From Patescibacteria group bacterium (lineage in GTDB: Bacteria; Patescibacteriota; Microgenomatia; Daviesbacterales; UBA10151), in contig CALRFD010000006.1 of the NCBI GenBank assembly GCA_943356485.1, positions 7,450 through 71,449 of the forward strand: a stretch of 64,000 nucleotides of DNA, read 5' to 3'. Both the position numbers and the translations under genes were made by a program. The notes beneath the pieces were generated by a model. That model did not search any database and was not told the origin of the DNA. It saw only the letters and a program-made list of their open reading frames with translations. This document shows, piece by piece, positions 21,906-31,722 of the stretch. Numbering within the stretch: position 1 is the first letter of the stretch; every line of letters starts with the position of its first letter.

Positions 21906-22507
21906 TGGCTAGGTATACAGGTCCTAAAAGAAGATTATCAAGGAGAGAGGGTTTACCGCTAACTTCTAAAGATATAAAGTATATGGAGAAAAAAGGTACT
22001 ATTCCTCCAGGTCAACACGGGGTTAGAATGAGAAGAAGAGTTTCTGAATATGGAACTCAACTTAGAGAAAAACAAAAGGCAAAAAGATTGTATGGAATTT
22101 TGGAGAAACAGTTTAAGAATTATTATGAAAAAGCTTCAAAAATTAAAGGTTCAACCGGACTTAGCCTTTTGCAGCTTCTGGAAACTAGGTTAGATAATGT
22201 AGTTTACAGATTAGGATTTACTAAAAGCAGGTATGAAGCCAGGCAGTTTGTATCACATGGACATATCCAGCTTGATAATCAAAAAGTGACTATTCCATCA
22301 GCTAAGGTGTGTATTGGGCAGACTATTGCATTATCTGAAAAAATGAGAGATAATACACAGGTTAAAAAGACTTTAGAAGGTCTTGAGGATCTGCCGGAAT
22401 GGCTTGAGCGAAAAGCCACAGTAGGTAAGATTTTAAGAATTCCTAACAGGGATGAAATGGAACAGTCAATTGACGAACAAATGATTGTTGAGTATTACAG
22501 CCGTTAG
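21905..22507 (+). CDS. rpsD: 30S ribosomal protein S4
   Basis: MARYTGP, LETRLDNVVYR, IVEYYSR. Confidence 0.99.
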   Translation: MARYTGPKRRLSRREGLPLTSKDIKYMEKKGTIPPGQHGVRMRRRVSEYGTQLREKQKAKRLYGILEKQFKNYYEKASKIKGSTGLSLLQLLETRLDNVVYRLGFTKSRYEARQFVSHGHIQLDNQKVTIPSAKVCIGQTIALSEKMRDNTQVKKTLEGLEDLPEWLERKATVGKILRIPNRDEMEQSIDEQMIVEYYSR

Positions 22508-22534
22508 TGGAGTTCGCTCATTCGAGATAAAAAT

Positions 22535-23446
22535 ATGATTAGATTTAAAGTTACAAATGAAATAGAAAAAGATAACTATGCACAAATAGTTATTGAACCC
22601 TTGGAAGCAGGCTTTGGTCATACCCTGGGAAATAGTATTAGAAGAGTTCTCCTAACCTCTCTACCTGGTTCTGCAGTAACCTCTATTAAAATAGACGGCG
22701 TATCACATCCTTTTTCCACAATGGATGGAATTTTAGAAGATGTTATAGAAATCATGCTGAATGTTAAAAAGATTCATCTTAAAGTTGGCTCAGATAAAGA
22801 AATAAAATTGACAGTAAAGGCCTCAGGTAAGAAAACAGTAACCGCAGGTGATTTTGAAATAGAAGGAGATGGGGAAGTTATGAATAAAGATCAACATATT
22901 GTGACTTTGACTGATGCCAAGTCTAAATTTAATATGGAAATGATTGCTCAAAAAGGTAAAGGTTATTCAATGTCAGAAGAGAGAAAGACAAACGAAATTG
23001 GGTCAATCACAGTTGATGCTCTATTTTCACCTGTAATAGCTGTTAACTATACTGTAGAACCAACAAGAGTTGGAAGAAGCGCAGACTACGATAAATTAAT
23101 TTTAGATATAACTACAACCGGAATTATGACTCCTCTTGAAACTGTAAATGAAGCATCCAGAATATTATCAGATGCTTTCCATAAAATTTATGAGCCAGAA
23201 GCAGAAGAAGAGGTTATTGAAAAAGGTTCAACTATTTCTGAGGAAGTTTTGAAATTAACAATAGAAGAGTTAGACTTACCTGTTAGAATTACAAATGCGC
23301 TTAAAGCGATTGAATTAGATACCTTAGAAGATTTAATAAATGTCCCAAGACAAGATCTTTTAAAAGCGAAAAACTTAGGGACAAAGTCTTTGAGTTTAAT
23401 ATCAGAAAAACTTTCTGAGAGGGGGTTGTCTTTGCGTGAGGCATAG
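22535..23446 (+). CDS. rpoA: RNA polymerase alpha subunit
   Basis: EPLEAGFGHTLGNSIRRVLL; alphaCTD. Confidence 0.99.
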   Translation: MIRFKVTNEIEKDNYAQIVIEPLEAGFGHTLGNSIRRVLLTSLPGSAVTSIKIDGVSHPFSTMDGILEDVIEIMLNVKKIHLKVGSDKEIKLTVKASGKKTVTAGDFEIEGDGEVMNKDQHIVTLTDAKSKFNMEMIAQKGKGYSMSEERKTNEIGSITVDALFSPVIAVNYTVEPTRVGRSADYDKLILDITTTGIMTPLETVNEASRILSDAFHKIYEPEAEEEVIEKGSTISEEVLKLTIEELDLPVRITNALKAIELDTLEDLINVPRQDLLKAKNLGTKSLSLISEKLSERGLSLREA

Positions 23447-23921
23447 AGTTTATGGTAAGAAACTTGGAAGAAATAAAAACGAACGCACTAGACTTTTTAA
23501 GGGTTTAGTTCAAGAGTTATTTCTTCATGGTAGTTTAATTACTTCAGAGACTAAAGCTAAGTCGATAAAAGGCTTAGTTGATAAAATTATTAACTTGGCA
23601 AAAAATAAAAATAGCCAAAGATTACTTCAGGCATATTTTACCAACAAAGCGTTAGAAGAAAGAGTATCTGGCGAGATTGCTCCAAAGTTAGATGGTAGGG
23701 TTTCCGGATATACCTCCATGATACGTTTAGGAGTGCAGGAAGGGGATCGAACAACACTTGTTAAAATGAGTATTATTGGTCAGGAGGAATTAAAACCTTT
23801 AGGAAAAAAAGAAGTTAAAAAAGAAACAGTAACAGTTCTCAAGGTAAAACCTGAATCCAAGAAAACAGGGGAATCAAAGGAGAAAAAGACTACTAAAGTA
23901 GCTAAGAAAGTTAAAAAATAA
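23436..23921 (+). CDS. rplQ: 50S ribosomal protein L17 (GTG start)
   Basis: RHRVYGKKLGR, SGYT. Confidence 0.95.
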   Translation: MRHRVYGKKLGRNKNERTRLFKGLVQELFLHGSLITSETKAKSIKGLVDKIINLAKNKNSQRLLQAYFTNKALEERVSGEIAPKLDGRVSGYTSMIRLGVQEGDRTTLVKMSIIGQEELKPLGKKEVKKETVTVLKVKPESKKTGESKEKKTTKVAKKVKK

Positions 23922-23924
23922 TTT

Positions 23925-24353
23925 ATGAGTACTACATCTGTTTCATCAAAAGATATAAAAAGGCAGTGGCATTTAATAAATGCAGAGGGGAAAATTTTAG
24001 GTAGACTGGCAACAGAGGTAGCAACTATTTTAATGGGCAAGAAAAAACCTTCCTTTGTTCCTTACTTAGATATCGGAGACTATGTGGTAGTAACTAACGC
24101 TAGCAAAGTTCAACTCTCTGGCAAAAAGATGCAAAACAAAACATATACCCGTCACTCAGGTTATCCGGGAGGGCTTAAAGTAGAAACCTTTGATAAGTTA
24201 ATTGTCAGAAGACCGGAAAAGATTATCGAACATGCAGTTGCCGGTATGCTACCAGGAAATAAATTAGGCAAAGCGATGATAAAAAAATTAAAAGTTTTCG
24301 CCAGCTCAGAGCATCCTTATGTTAAAGAAATAAAAAAGGAGACTAAAGAATAG
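23925..24353 (+). CDS. rplM: 50S ribosomal protein L13
   Basis: LGRLAT, HSGYPGGLK. Confidence 0.99.
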   Translation: MSTTSVSSKDIKRQWHLINAEGKILGRLATEVATILMGKKKPSFVPYLDIGDYVVVTNASKVQLSGKKMQNKTYTRHSGYPGGLKVETFDKLIVRRPEKIIEHAVAGMLPGNKLGKAMIKKLKVFASSEHPYVKEIKKETKE

Positions 24354-24355
24354 TT

Positions 24356-24775
24356 ATGGAAACAAAAGTTAAAAAAACAAAAAACAGTGATACTATTTCT
24401 GTTGTAGGAAGAAGAAAAGAAGCAGTTGCCAGAGTAAGAATTTCTGTCGGAGCAGGAGAGCTAGCGGTTAATGGTAAGCCAATAGCTGAATATTTTCTAG
24501 GCGCTTTATACCAAAAGAAATACCAAAGGCCAATAGAGGTAACTAAAACTGAAGGAAAATATAATATTTCTGCTAAAGTTGTTGGCGGAGGGGTTGTTTC
24601 CCAAGTTGATGCGTTTGTACACGGAGTTGCCAGGGCAATTGCTAAGATTGATCCCTCTTTGCGGACACTTTTAAAAAAAGATGGGCTTCTAACCAGGGAT
24701 GCCAGAGTTAAAGAGAGAAGGAAATATGGTAATGCCCAAAAAGCCCGTGCAAAGAAACAGTCTCCAAAGCGTTAA
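24356..24775 (+). CDS. rpsI: 30S ribosomal protein S9
   Basis: GRRKEAVARV, LTRDARVKERRKYG. Confidence 0.99.
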   Translation: METKVKKTKNSDTISVVGRRKEAVARVRISVGAGELAVNGKPIAEYFLGALYQKKYQRPIEVTKTEGKYNISAKVVGGGVVSQVDAFVHGVARAIAKIDPSLRTLLKKDGLLTRDARVKERRKYGNAQKARAKKQSPKR

Positions 24776-24864
24776 ATTTAAAATTAACCTGATATAATCT
24801 ATTGTATTCCAGAATAATTCATGCTACATTTCCAGGTATATTCTGCCTAGAAGGATAATTGTTT

Positions 24865-25290
24865 ATGTCAGCAGAGGCTTCTCAGTGGGATCATGGTGCA
24901 CACAAAATAAATGGTAAGTCAGTATTTGATATAGGTGAAGGAGCAGTTGCTTCCAGATTGCACTTAGTTTCATTTTCGGAAGCAGTAGAAGAAGAACAGA
25001 TCAGAGATCTTGTTAACAAAAGACAACTGCGTGGGTTAACTGAGGATGAATGGAATGCATTTGTTGCAACTACCCCCAGACAAGCCTTTGCAGAACTTGA
25101 TTTTTCTATAGCCTTAATGTTTACCGCGCAACGCGATGATACAGAAGCTCATCTTTTAGCGACTGTAGTTTATAATCCCCGTAAGAATATGATAGAGATT
25201 ATTTCTAACTGGATCAAAAGAAGTTGGTCCTGCGACTTTGCATTTATGTTTTCAGAGAAAATCGTACCTAAAATTCCACCTCCCCATTAA
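24865..25290 (+). CDS. hypothetical protein
   Basis: open frame; ATG 24865 preferred; no motif recognised. Confidence 0.65.
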   Translation: MSAEASQWDHGAHKINGKSVFDIGEGAVASRLHLVSFSEAVEEEQIRDLVNKRQLRGLTEDEWNAFVATTPRQAFAELDFSIALMFTAQRDDTEAHLLATVVYNPRKNMIEIISNWIKRSWSCDFAFMFSEKIVPKIPPPH

Positions 25291-25349
25291 ACATTAATAA
25301 GTATTTTCCCTATAAACTTTTCAGCAATTTGTGGTAAAATATTAAAGTT

Positions 25350-25424
25350 ATGAAAATTTTAAATAATAATCTTTGGTTTCACTTTGGCTATCCTCTTAAA
25401 AAGGGAGGCGTTTTTGTGGTTTAA
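25350..25424 (+). CDS. attenuator leader peptide MKILNNNLWFHFGYPLKKGGVFVV
   Basis: ATG 9 nt after extended -10 TGGTAAAAT; 3' end GGGAGG...TTGTGG can pair with terminator 5' arm. Confidence 0.75.
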   Translation: MKILNNNLWFHFGYPLKKGGVFVV

Positions 25425-25449
25425 GATAATTTTTAATTAAATAATCGAT

Positions 25450-25486
25450 CCACAAGTAACCTCCCAATTGGGAGGTTTTTTTGTGG
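25450..25486 (+). terminator. attenuator terminator
   Basis: AACCTCCC-aatt-GGGAGG-T7. Confidence 0.85.
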
Positions 25487-25505
25487 TTGGAAGGAGGTGA
25501 ATATT

Positions 25506-25919
25506 ATGAAAGAAGAAATAAAAAATACAGGAATTGATCTTAGGTCTCAAGTTGCTGTTTTAACTAACAGCCTATTAGAGGCTAATAAAACAAAAGACTT
25601 AAAATTGCAATTAACATCTATGCAAAGTTTGACTGATTTATTGGCAAATACTCCTGGTGCAATAAATGCTTTAAGCCAGCTGCAAGAAAATAGAGATGTC
25701 TTGATAGATAAAAAAGTCTTATTATCACGCAACTCAAGAAAACTAATAAGCAGAGCGGTTGTATTAGGAATTGAGTCGACTGATTTAAAAGCAGAACTGA
25801 CAAATAAGGTAGAGGATGCTAAGAAAAAAGGGAGAGATAGACTAACCCGTGGAGATTTAAAAGATCTTGCTCAGGATGTTAAATCTAGACTAATTCAAAG
25901 GAGGCCTGTCCTTGTCTAA
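25506..25919 (+). CDS. hypothetical helical protein under attenuator control
   Basis: ATG 25506 preceded by AAGGAGGTGA Shine-Dalgarno. Confidence 0.8.
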   Translation: MKEEIKNTGIDLRSQVAVLTNSLLEANKTKDLKLQLTSMQSLTDLLANTPGAINALSQLQENRDVLIDKKVLLSRNSRKLISRAVVLGIESTDLKAELTNKVEDAKKKGRDRLTRGDLKDLAQDVKSRLIQRRPVLV

Positions 25920-26008
25920 AAAATCTAGCGGTTGGGTTATATAAAGCGCGCGCTCAGCCGCTAGGGTGTAAATCTTGCATTGGTCTGGTAAAATACTTTA
26001 TGTACTAA

Positions 26009-27406
26009 ATGGATAAGCAAACACCTCAGGAAAAGATTTTTAAAAGCTACGATATCAGAGGTATATATCCAGAGGAAATTAATGAAGATTTTGCTATTCC
26101 TATAACTAAAGCTATTTATAAACTTCTGCAAACTCAACTGGAAACTACAGAACCTTTAACAATTGCAGTGGGGCGGGATATGAGGCTTTCATCTCCGGCT
26201 ATCTTTGAAGCAGTTTCTAAAACCCTGGTGGAATTGGGTGCACAGGTGATTGATTTAGGGATAGTTTCTACCCCGACCTTTTATTATGCAGTTTATAAAA
26301 ATGGCTTTGACGGGGGGGTGCAAATTACAGCTTCTCATAACCCGGGGGAATATAACGGGATAAAAATTGTCAGAAAATCGCCAACTGGACTGGTAAAGAT
26401 TGGTAAGAGTACAGGAATGGATGATATTAAAAAATGGAGCATAGAAGGAGCAGGTCTTTCTCAGATTGATGGAGGTACTATCACTGAAAAAATGGGAGTT
26501 GTGGTTGAGGAGGTACAAAACGCTTTAAGAATTGCCGGAAACCCAAAACTTAATAAATATAAAATTGTTGCAGATGCTGCAAATGCGCTGGGTGCTTTAT
26601 ATATAGAAGAGCTTTTTAAACATATTCCAGGCGAGCTTGTCAAAATGAACTTTGAGCTGGATGGAACTTTCCCCTCCCATCAGGCAGACCCTTTGCAAAA
26701 AGAAACACTGGTTGATCTGCAAAAAAGAGTGGTTGAAGTAAAGGCAGACTTAGGTTTGGCTCCTGATGGGGATGGGGACAGATTATTTTTTATTGATGAA
26801 AAAGGAGGGATTGTCCCGCCATCAATTATTACCGCCTTAGTGGCCAGAGAACTTTTAAAAAAGCATAAAGGTGCAACGGTTTTAGGGGATATTAGATATA
26901 TTATGACTCCTAAAAAAATAGTAGAAGAATTAGGCGGGACTTTTGTGGTAACAAAAGTAGGTCATTCTTTTATTACAGAAAAACTGCATGAGACCGGAGG
27001 AATTTTTGCCGGAGAATCCTCCTCACATTATTTTTTTAAAGAAACAGGTAATGCAGAGTCACAAATTCCAATGATTTTAATAGTTCTTAAAGTAATGACA
27101 GAGGAAGGTAAAAAACTTTCGGAGATTGTTGATTTCTTAAAAAGATCGCATGAGTCAGGTGAATATAATTTTAAAGTAAAAAATGCTAAAGAAGTAATGG
27201 AGGCGGTGAAAGGCGAATTTCCAGAAGGTGAAGTCTCGGAGTTAGACGGGGTTTCAATATCTTTTGCAGATTGGAGATTATCACTTAGAACCTCAAATAC
27301 CGAACCGCTTTTAAGGCTTAATATAGAAGTGGATATAGATGGAAACATTGAAGAAAAGAAAGATAAATTAATAGGGCTTATCAAAAAACATGGTATTTTT
27401 GAATAG
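26009..27406 (+). CDS. phosphomannomutase/phosphoglucomutase
   Basis: FKSYDIRG, TASHNP, DGDGDR, GESSSH. Confidence 0.95.
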   Translation: MDKQTPQEKIFKSYDIRGIYPEEINEDFAIPITKAIYKLLQTQLETTEPLTIAVGRDMRLSSPAIFEAVSKTLVELGAQVIDLGIVSTPTFYYAVYKNGFDGGVQITASHNPGEYNGIKIVRKSPTGLVKIGKSTGMDDIKKWSIEGAGLSQIDGGTITEKMGVVVEEVQNALRIAGNPKLNKYKIVADAANALGALYIEELFKHIPGELVKMNFELDGTFPSHQADPLQKETLVDLQKRVVEVKADLGLAPDGDGDRLFFIDEKGGIVPPSIITALVARELLKKHKGATVLGDIRYIMTPKKIVEELGGTFVVTKVGHSFITEKLHETGGIFAGESSSHYFFKETGNAESQIPMILIVLKVMTEEGKKLSEIVDFLKRSHESGEYNFKVKNAKEVMEAVKGEFPEGEVSELDGVSISFADWRLSLRTSNTEPLLRLNIEVDIDGNIEEKKDKLIGLIKKHGIFE

Positions 27407-27463
27407 ATAGAAGTTTTTAGTTTGACTATTGTCAAAGTAGTAAACATATGGTTTACTAGTACT

Positions 27464-27590
27464 GCATTAAGAGTGCCGCTTAAAAAGCGAGCCGGCAACC
27501 GTAAAGTTACGGTGCCAAATCCTTGAGAGAGGAAGATGCGCCCGCCTTTGGCGAGGAAACTTGAAAGCCTCTCTGATGAGAGGTTTTTTT
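27464..27590 (+). ncRNA. SAM-I clan riboswitch (SAM-I/IV-like) with terminator
   Basis: GCATTAAGAG...GGCAACC...GGTGCCAAATCC...GGAAGATGC core; extra hairpin and AAGTT/AACTT pseudoknot potential; AGCCTCTC-tgat-GAGAGGTT terminator with T tract; upstream of metK. Confidence 0.9.
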
Positions 27591-27596
27591 GAATTT

Positions 27597-28709
27597 ATGG
27601 CAAATATCATAACAACATTTACATCTGAATCAGTTTGCTCAGGCCATCCGGATAAAATTTGTGATGCAGTTTCCGATGCTATAGTAGATGCAGTATTGAC
27701 TCAAGACAAACACGGCCATGTTGGGGTTGAAACCATGGCTGCTTTTGGTAAAGTGATTATTGCCGGTGAGGTGAAAGCAAAGGGCAAAACTATTAACTAT
27801 GAAAAAATTGCCAGGGAACAAATTAAAAGACTGGGATATACTGATCCAAAATTTAATTTTTATTATGATTCACCGGTAGCCATGCATGTACACCAGCAAT
27901 CTCCGGAGATTGCTGTGGGAGTAGATAGTGATGGAGCCGGAGATCAGGGAATGATGTTTGGATACGCATGTACAGAGACAGAAGAGCTAATGCCTCTTCC
28001 GATAACTTTGGCGCATCAGTTGGCTAGAAGAATAGATCATGTTAGGGAAGATAAAATTTTAGATTATCTTCGTCCGGATGGAAAAACTCAGGTTACAGTT
28101 GAATATAAAAATGGTAAACCGGTGGCGGTAAGCCATGTAGTAGTTGCTGTTCCTCACAAGGAAAATATTGGCTTGGATCAGGTTAAAAAAGATGTTTATG
28201 AAAAAATAGTTACACCAGTTTTGGCAAAGTATGGCTATAAAGTTTCAATTAAAAATTTAATAGTAAACGGTACTGGTGTTTGGCATAACGGCGGACCAGC
28301 TGCAGATTGTGGTGTAACGGGCAGAAAAATTGTAGTGGATGGATATGGCGGATATGCTAGGGTTGGGGGGGGAGCGTTTTCCGGCAAAGACCCGACAAAG
28401 GTAGATAGATCAGGTGCATACGCCGCCCGTTTCATTGCAAAAAATATTGTAGCTAATAAGTTGGCGAAAAGAGTAGAAGTTAGACTGGCATATTTTATCG
28501 GAGCTAAAAAGCCATTAATGCAGCAAGTCGAAACTTTCGGTACCAATAAAAAGAGCCAGAAAATAATAGATAATTTTGCCGCCAAAATTCTGGATACTTC
28601 AGTAACAGGTATTATAAAAGGGTTGGATTTGTTAAGGCCAATATATTTACCAACTGCTGCCTATGGTCATTTTGGCCGGGATGAATTTCCTTGGGAAAGA
28701 ATTGTTTAG
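27597..28709 (+). CDS. metK: S-adenosylmethionine synthetase
   Basis: FTSESV..GHPDK, GAGDQG, GGGAFSGKDPTKVDRS; ATG 27597 follows riboswitch. Confidence 0.99.
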   Translation: MANIITTFTSESVCSGHPDKICDAVSDAIVDAVLTQDKHGHVGVETMAAFGKVIIAGEVKAKGKTINYEKIAREQIKRLGYTDPKFNFYYDSPVAMHVHQQSPEIAVGVDSDGAGDQGMMFGYACTETEELMPLPITLAHQLARRIDHVREDKILDYLRPDGKTQVTVEYKNGKPVAVSHVVVAVPHKENIGLDQVKKDVYEKIVTPVLAKYGYKVSIKNLIVNGTGVWHNGGPAADCGVTGRKIVVDGYGGYARVGGGAFSGKDPTKVDRSGAYAARFIAKNIVANKLAKRVEVRLAYFIGAKKPLMQQVETFGTNKKSQKIIDNFAAKILDTSVTGIIKGLDLLRPIYLPTAAYGHFGRDEFPWERIV

Positions 28710-30265
28710 CCAAACATTATCCAGTATCTATCAGTTTGCATGAATCTTGCTAGCGGAGTTAAGTTGTTTAGATTTATACCAATTATTTTTGCAAGTAATT
28801 CCATGTCTACATTTTTTCTAACGATATCTGCTAAATGGTTATATTCTTCTCCAGCTTTCATATTTTCCTCCAGCGGTAATACTACGCCTTTTTGTCTGGC
28901 TATATTTTCTAAAATGATTCTTCTGGGGCCTTGATTTTGAAGTATGCCATGGTAATAAGTGCCGATAACTGCTTTGTCGACTGATAGGCTAATTGTTTCT
29001 ATAGGAGATCCGTCGATCATTTCCGTTGTGGCCATGTGAATTTCATATCCTGTGATGCTCATGTCTTTTGCCCCCTGTAATAATCCATAATCGCGAGTTA
29101 TTCTGCTCATTGTTTGCTGTGTTATTTTTTCTTTTCCTTTTTCAAATTTTGTGATTACAGGTAAAAGATCTAAGCCTCTTACTTCAGCTTGTCCTGATTC
29201 AACTCCTTCAGGGTCTAAGATAACTTTTCCCAGCATTTGAAACCCTCCGCAAATCCCGATTACTGCTTTGCCATCCAGGGCATGTTTTGTTACTAAATCT
29301 GCCAGTCCCTTTACTCTTAACCAGGTTAAGTCTGATACAGTGCTTTTGCTTCCACCCAATAAAACTAAGTCAGGATTTCCAAATTCTTCCTGTCTATCAA
29401 TAAAACGGACTTGTACCCCCGGGGTTCTAACTAAAGGATCAAACTCGTCAGAATTTTGCAAAGAGGGTGTCCTTAAAACAACTGCATCCAATACAGCATT
29501 TTCTTTAAGTGTATTTTTCCTTGATAATTTATATGTATCTTCATCCGGAATACCATGATCTTCCATAAATGGAATAACACCCAGTATTGGAACTCCTGTA
29601 ACTTCGATTAACTCCTGTAGAACAGATTCCAGATATTTTCTTTCACCTCTAAATTTATTAATAATTAAGCCTTTAATTAACTCTCCAGCTTTTGGATCCT
29701 TTCTTCTGATAATATTCACTGTTCCTTCAAGGGATGCAAAAACTCCTCCGGGATCGATATCTCCTACTAAGATAATTGGAGCTTTTGCATATTTTGCCAT
29801 TCGCACGTTTGCTATATCTGTGTCCATTAAATTTGGTTCAGCAGGGGAACCAGCTCCCTCCATAATAACGACTTCGTATTGGGAAGCAATAATATCAAAG
29901 CTTTCCGTGGCAATAGACCAGAGTCTATCTTTGTAATATTGTTGTTTTAGCTCCTCAGTTGCAACTTTCCCCCGAACAATTAGTTCTCCTCCTACTTTGC
30001 CGTCGGGTTTTACTAAGATTGGTTGCATATCAACTGTTGGCTTAACTCCCGCTGCAATAGCTTGCACAATTTGTCCTCTGCCAATTTCTCCCCCATCTTC
30101 GCTAACTCCTGAATTTAGACCAATATTTTTTGCCTTAAATGGAGCAACAGAAAACCCATCCTGGTATAGAATTCTGCAAAGTCCGGTTGCAACTATACTT
30201 TTCCCTACATTAGAAGCAGTGCCGAGTATCATTATTGATTTGATTTGTTTTCTTTCGGCGTTCAT
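28706..30265 (-). CDS. cobQ: cobyric acid synthase
   Basis: [39 protein letters not shown]. Confidence 0.95.
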   Translation of the reverse strand: MNAERKQIKSIMILGTASNVGKSIVATGLCRILYQDGFSVAPFKAKNIGLNSGVSEDGGEIGRGQIVQAIAAGVKPTVDMQPILVKPDGKVGGELIVRGKVATEELKQQYYKDRLWSIATESFDIIASQYEVVIMEGAGSPAEPNLMDTDIANVRMAKYAKAPIILVGDIDPGGVFASLEGTVNIIRRKDPKAGELIKGLIINKFRGERKYLESVLQELIEVTGVPILGVIPFMEDHGIPDEDTYKLSRKNTLKENAVLDAVVLRTPSLQNSDEFDPLVRTPGVQVRFIDRQEEFGNPDLVLLGGSKSTVSDLTWLRVKGLADLVTKHALDGKAVIGICGGFQMLGKVILDPEGVESGQAEVRGLDLLPVITKFEKGKEKITQQTMSRITRDYGLLQGAKDMSITGYEIHMATTEMIDGSPIETISLSVDKAVIGTYYHGILQNQGPRRIILENIARQKGVVLPLEENMKAGEEYNHLADIVRKNVDMELLAKIIGINLNNLTPLARFMQTDRYWIMFG

Positions 30266-30408
30266 ATATTTATCTTTTCTCCTTCATAAGTTGTAAAGCG
30301 TTTGCCGCATTTTAGACATTCGCGCCTTCTTCTTATAAGATTTTTATTTTTAACTGTTCTGGTGTTAACAGCTTTTGTTTGGTTTACTCCGCAATATGTG
30401 CAACGCAT
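30262..30408 (-). CDS. stand-alone NrdR-type zinc-ribbon protein, 48 aa (not in ORF track)
   Basis: manual translation [48 protein letters not shown]; ATGA overlap with cobQ. Confidence 0.85.
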   Translation of the reverse strand: MRCTYCGVNQTKAVNTRTVKNKNLIRRRRECLKCGKRFTTYEGEKINI

Positions 30409-30436
30409 AATTTTTATCGAGATGAGGGGAGTAGTA

Positions 30437-30545
30437 TAAAAAACATCTCCTTTGACTCGAAGGATCAGTAAAGCCTTTAAAGTTAGGTCCGACTACAACG
30501 GTTGCGGCACAGTTCTGAGTTTCACAGTATTCAAAACTTTAAGAA
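30437..30545 (-). ncRNA. cobalamin riboswitch, class II-like
   Basis: minus strand GAATACTGTGAAACTCAGAACTGTGCCGCAACCGT...AGTCGGACC; P13-like TCCTT-CGAGTCA-AAGGA with ACTC/GAGT kissing loop; promoter TTGACC-17-TATCTT; upstream of cobQ. Confidence 0.8.
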
Positions 30546-30622
30546 TTAGTTTTATTGAACTAAGGTCTAAGATAGCAGTTATGAAAAATAGGGTCAATAT
30601 ACTGTATGCAGTATACGAGTAA

Positions 30623-31498
30623 TCATTTCTGTTTATTTCTGCTTAGAAAAATTACACCAAAAAACATTGGGACAAAGGCAAGCAATTGATATATAGTGGG
30701 AGTTTTTTGTAAAAGTATAAATGCAAAAATTAATGTTATTAAAGGAGCAATGCTGCCAAGGGCAGTTGCTTTCATTACACTGATTCTATGAATTCCCTCT
30801 ACCCAAAGAACTTTTGAAAGACCTAATACAAGTACACCGTTGATTAAGAGAAAAATCAAAGAGGTATTAAAACTGTCATAAGAAAAAGAATTCTGAAATA
30901 GGAATGCAAGAAAGAAAACTACGATAGAACTGAGGAAACTCCTAATAAAAAGAATAGTTTCGCTGCTTACTTTAGATCTTGCTCTTTTTTGATAAAAATT
31001 ACCAAATGGGGCAATAAACGCTCCGGTCAATACTAACAGATCACCAATTTGGAAACTGTGAATACTAGGATAGAAGATGATGACGACACCTATAACTATT
31101 AAAATAGCACCAACAATATGTTCTCTAGGCAGGTCATCTTTTTTCCAAACATGAAAATATAAGTAACTAAAAAATATTTCAGATAATGCAATAATACTGG
31201 CGTTTCCTGGACTGGTGTAACGTAATCCAAAAAAGAACAAAAGATAAAACAGAATACCCAGAATTGTGGTGGCAATAAGTATATCTGCTAAAGCAGAGGT
31301 ATTTCTTAACTCCTGCCATTTATGTTTATAAATAATGATTGAACCAAAGAAGATACAGGAAAATAAAGTACTAAATCCAAGTGAAATAAGAGAGGGTAGC
31401 TTGTTTTGCGACAGAGTTGTCATTATAGGAAATAATCCCCAAAGTATGGCTTCAAAAAAAATAAGAAGTTCCCCAACTCTGTCTTTACCGATTTTCAT
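30623..31498 (-). CDS. EamA/DMT family transporter
   Basis: about 10 TM segments, ILWGLFP; start moved to ATG 31498 because the longer ORF overlaps the tRNA. Confidence 0.88.
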   Translation of the reverse strand: MKIGKDRVGELLIFFEAILWGLFPIMTTLSQNKLPSLISLGFSTLFSCIFFGSIIIYKHKWQELRNTSALADILIATTILGILFYLLFFFGLRYTSPGNASIIALSEIFFSYLYFHVWKKDDLPREHIVGAILIVIGVVIIFYPSIHSFQIGDLLVLTGAFIAPFGNFYQKRARSKVSSETILFIRSFLSSIVVFFLAFLFQNSFSYDSFNTSLIFLLINGVLVLGLSKVLWVEGIHRISVMKATALGSIAPLITLIFAFILLQKTPTIYQLLAFVPMFFGVIFLSRNKQK

Positions 31499-31523
31499 AT
31501 ATTGAGAGGTATAAGAAACAATG

Positions 31524-31594
31524 TCGGGGATGGGAGGATTAAACTCCCGACTCCGCACCCCCAGCGCGGCGTGTTATCACTATACTAATCCCCG
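31524..31594 (-). tRNA. tRNA-Pro (GGG), CCA not encoded
   Basis: acceptor CGGGGAT/ATCCCCG; anticodon stem CCGCG/TGCGG with loop CTGGGGG; T-stem GGGAG/CTCCC. Confidence 0.92.
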
Positions 31595-31722
31595 AAGATT
31601 AATTTTATCAGGTTCAAGGATAATACTCTACTCTGCAAACTATTTATTTATGTATCCATACAGTAGAACAGGATTAATTTTGGGGTATTGACCTTAGGGG
31701 TTTATTTGGGTAAGTTAATAGT

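Noticed and set aside
25925-25963. Hairpin CTAGCGGTTGGG...CTCAGCCGCTAG
   Set aside because: No U-tract and single copy; probably just a 3'-end stem of the upstream gene
27561-27596. TTG start of metK in the track
   Set aside because: Lies within the riboswitch terminator; conserved MetK sequence begins after ATG 27597
31499-31558. N-terminal extension of the EamA ORF in the track
   Set aside because: Overlaps tRNA-Pro; ATG 31498 is the plausible start
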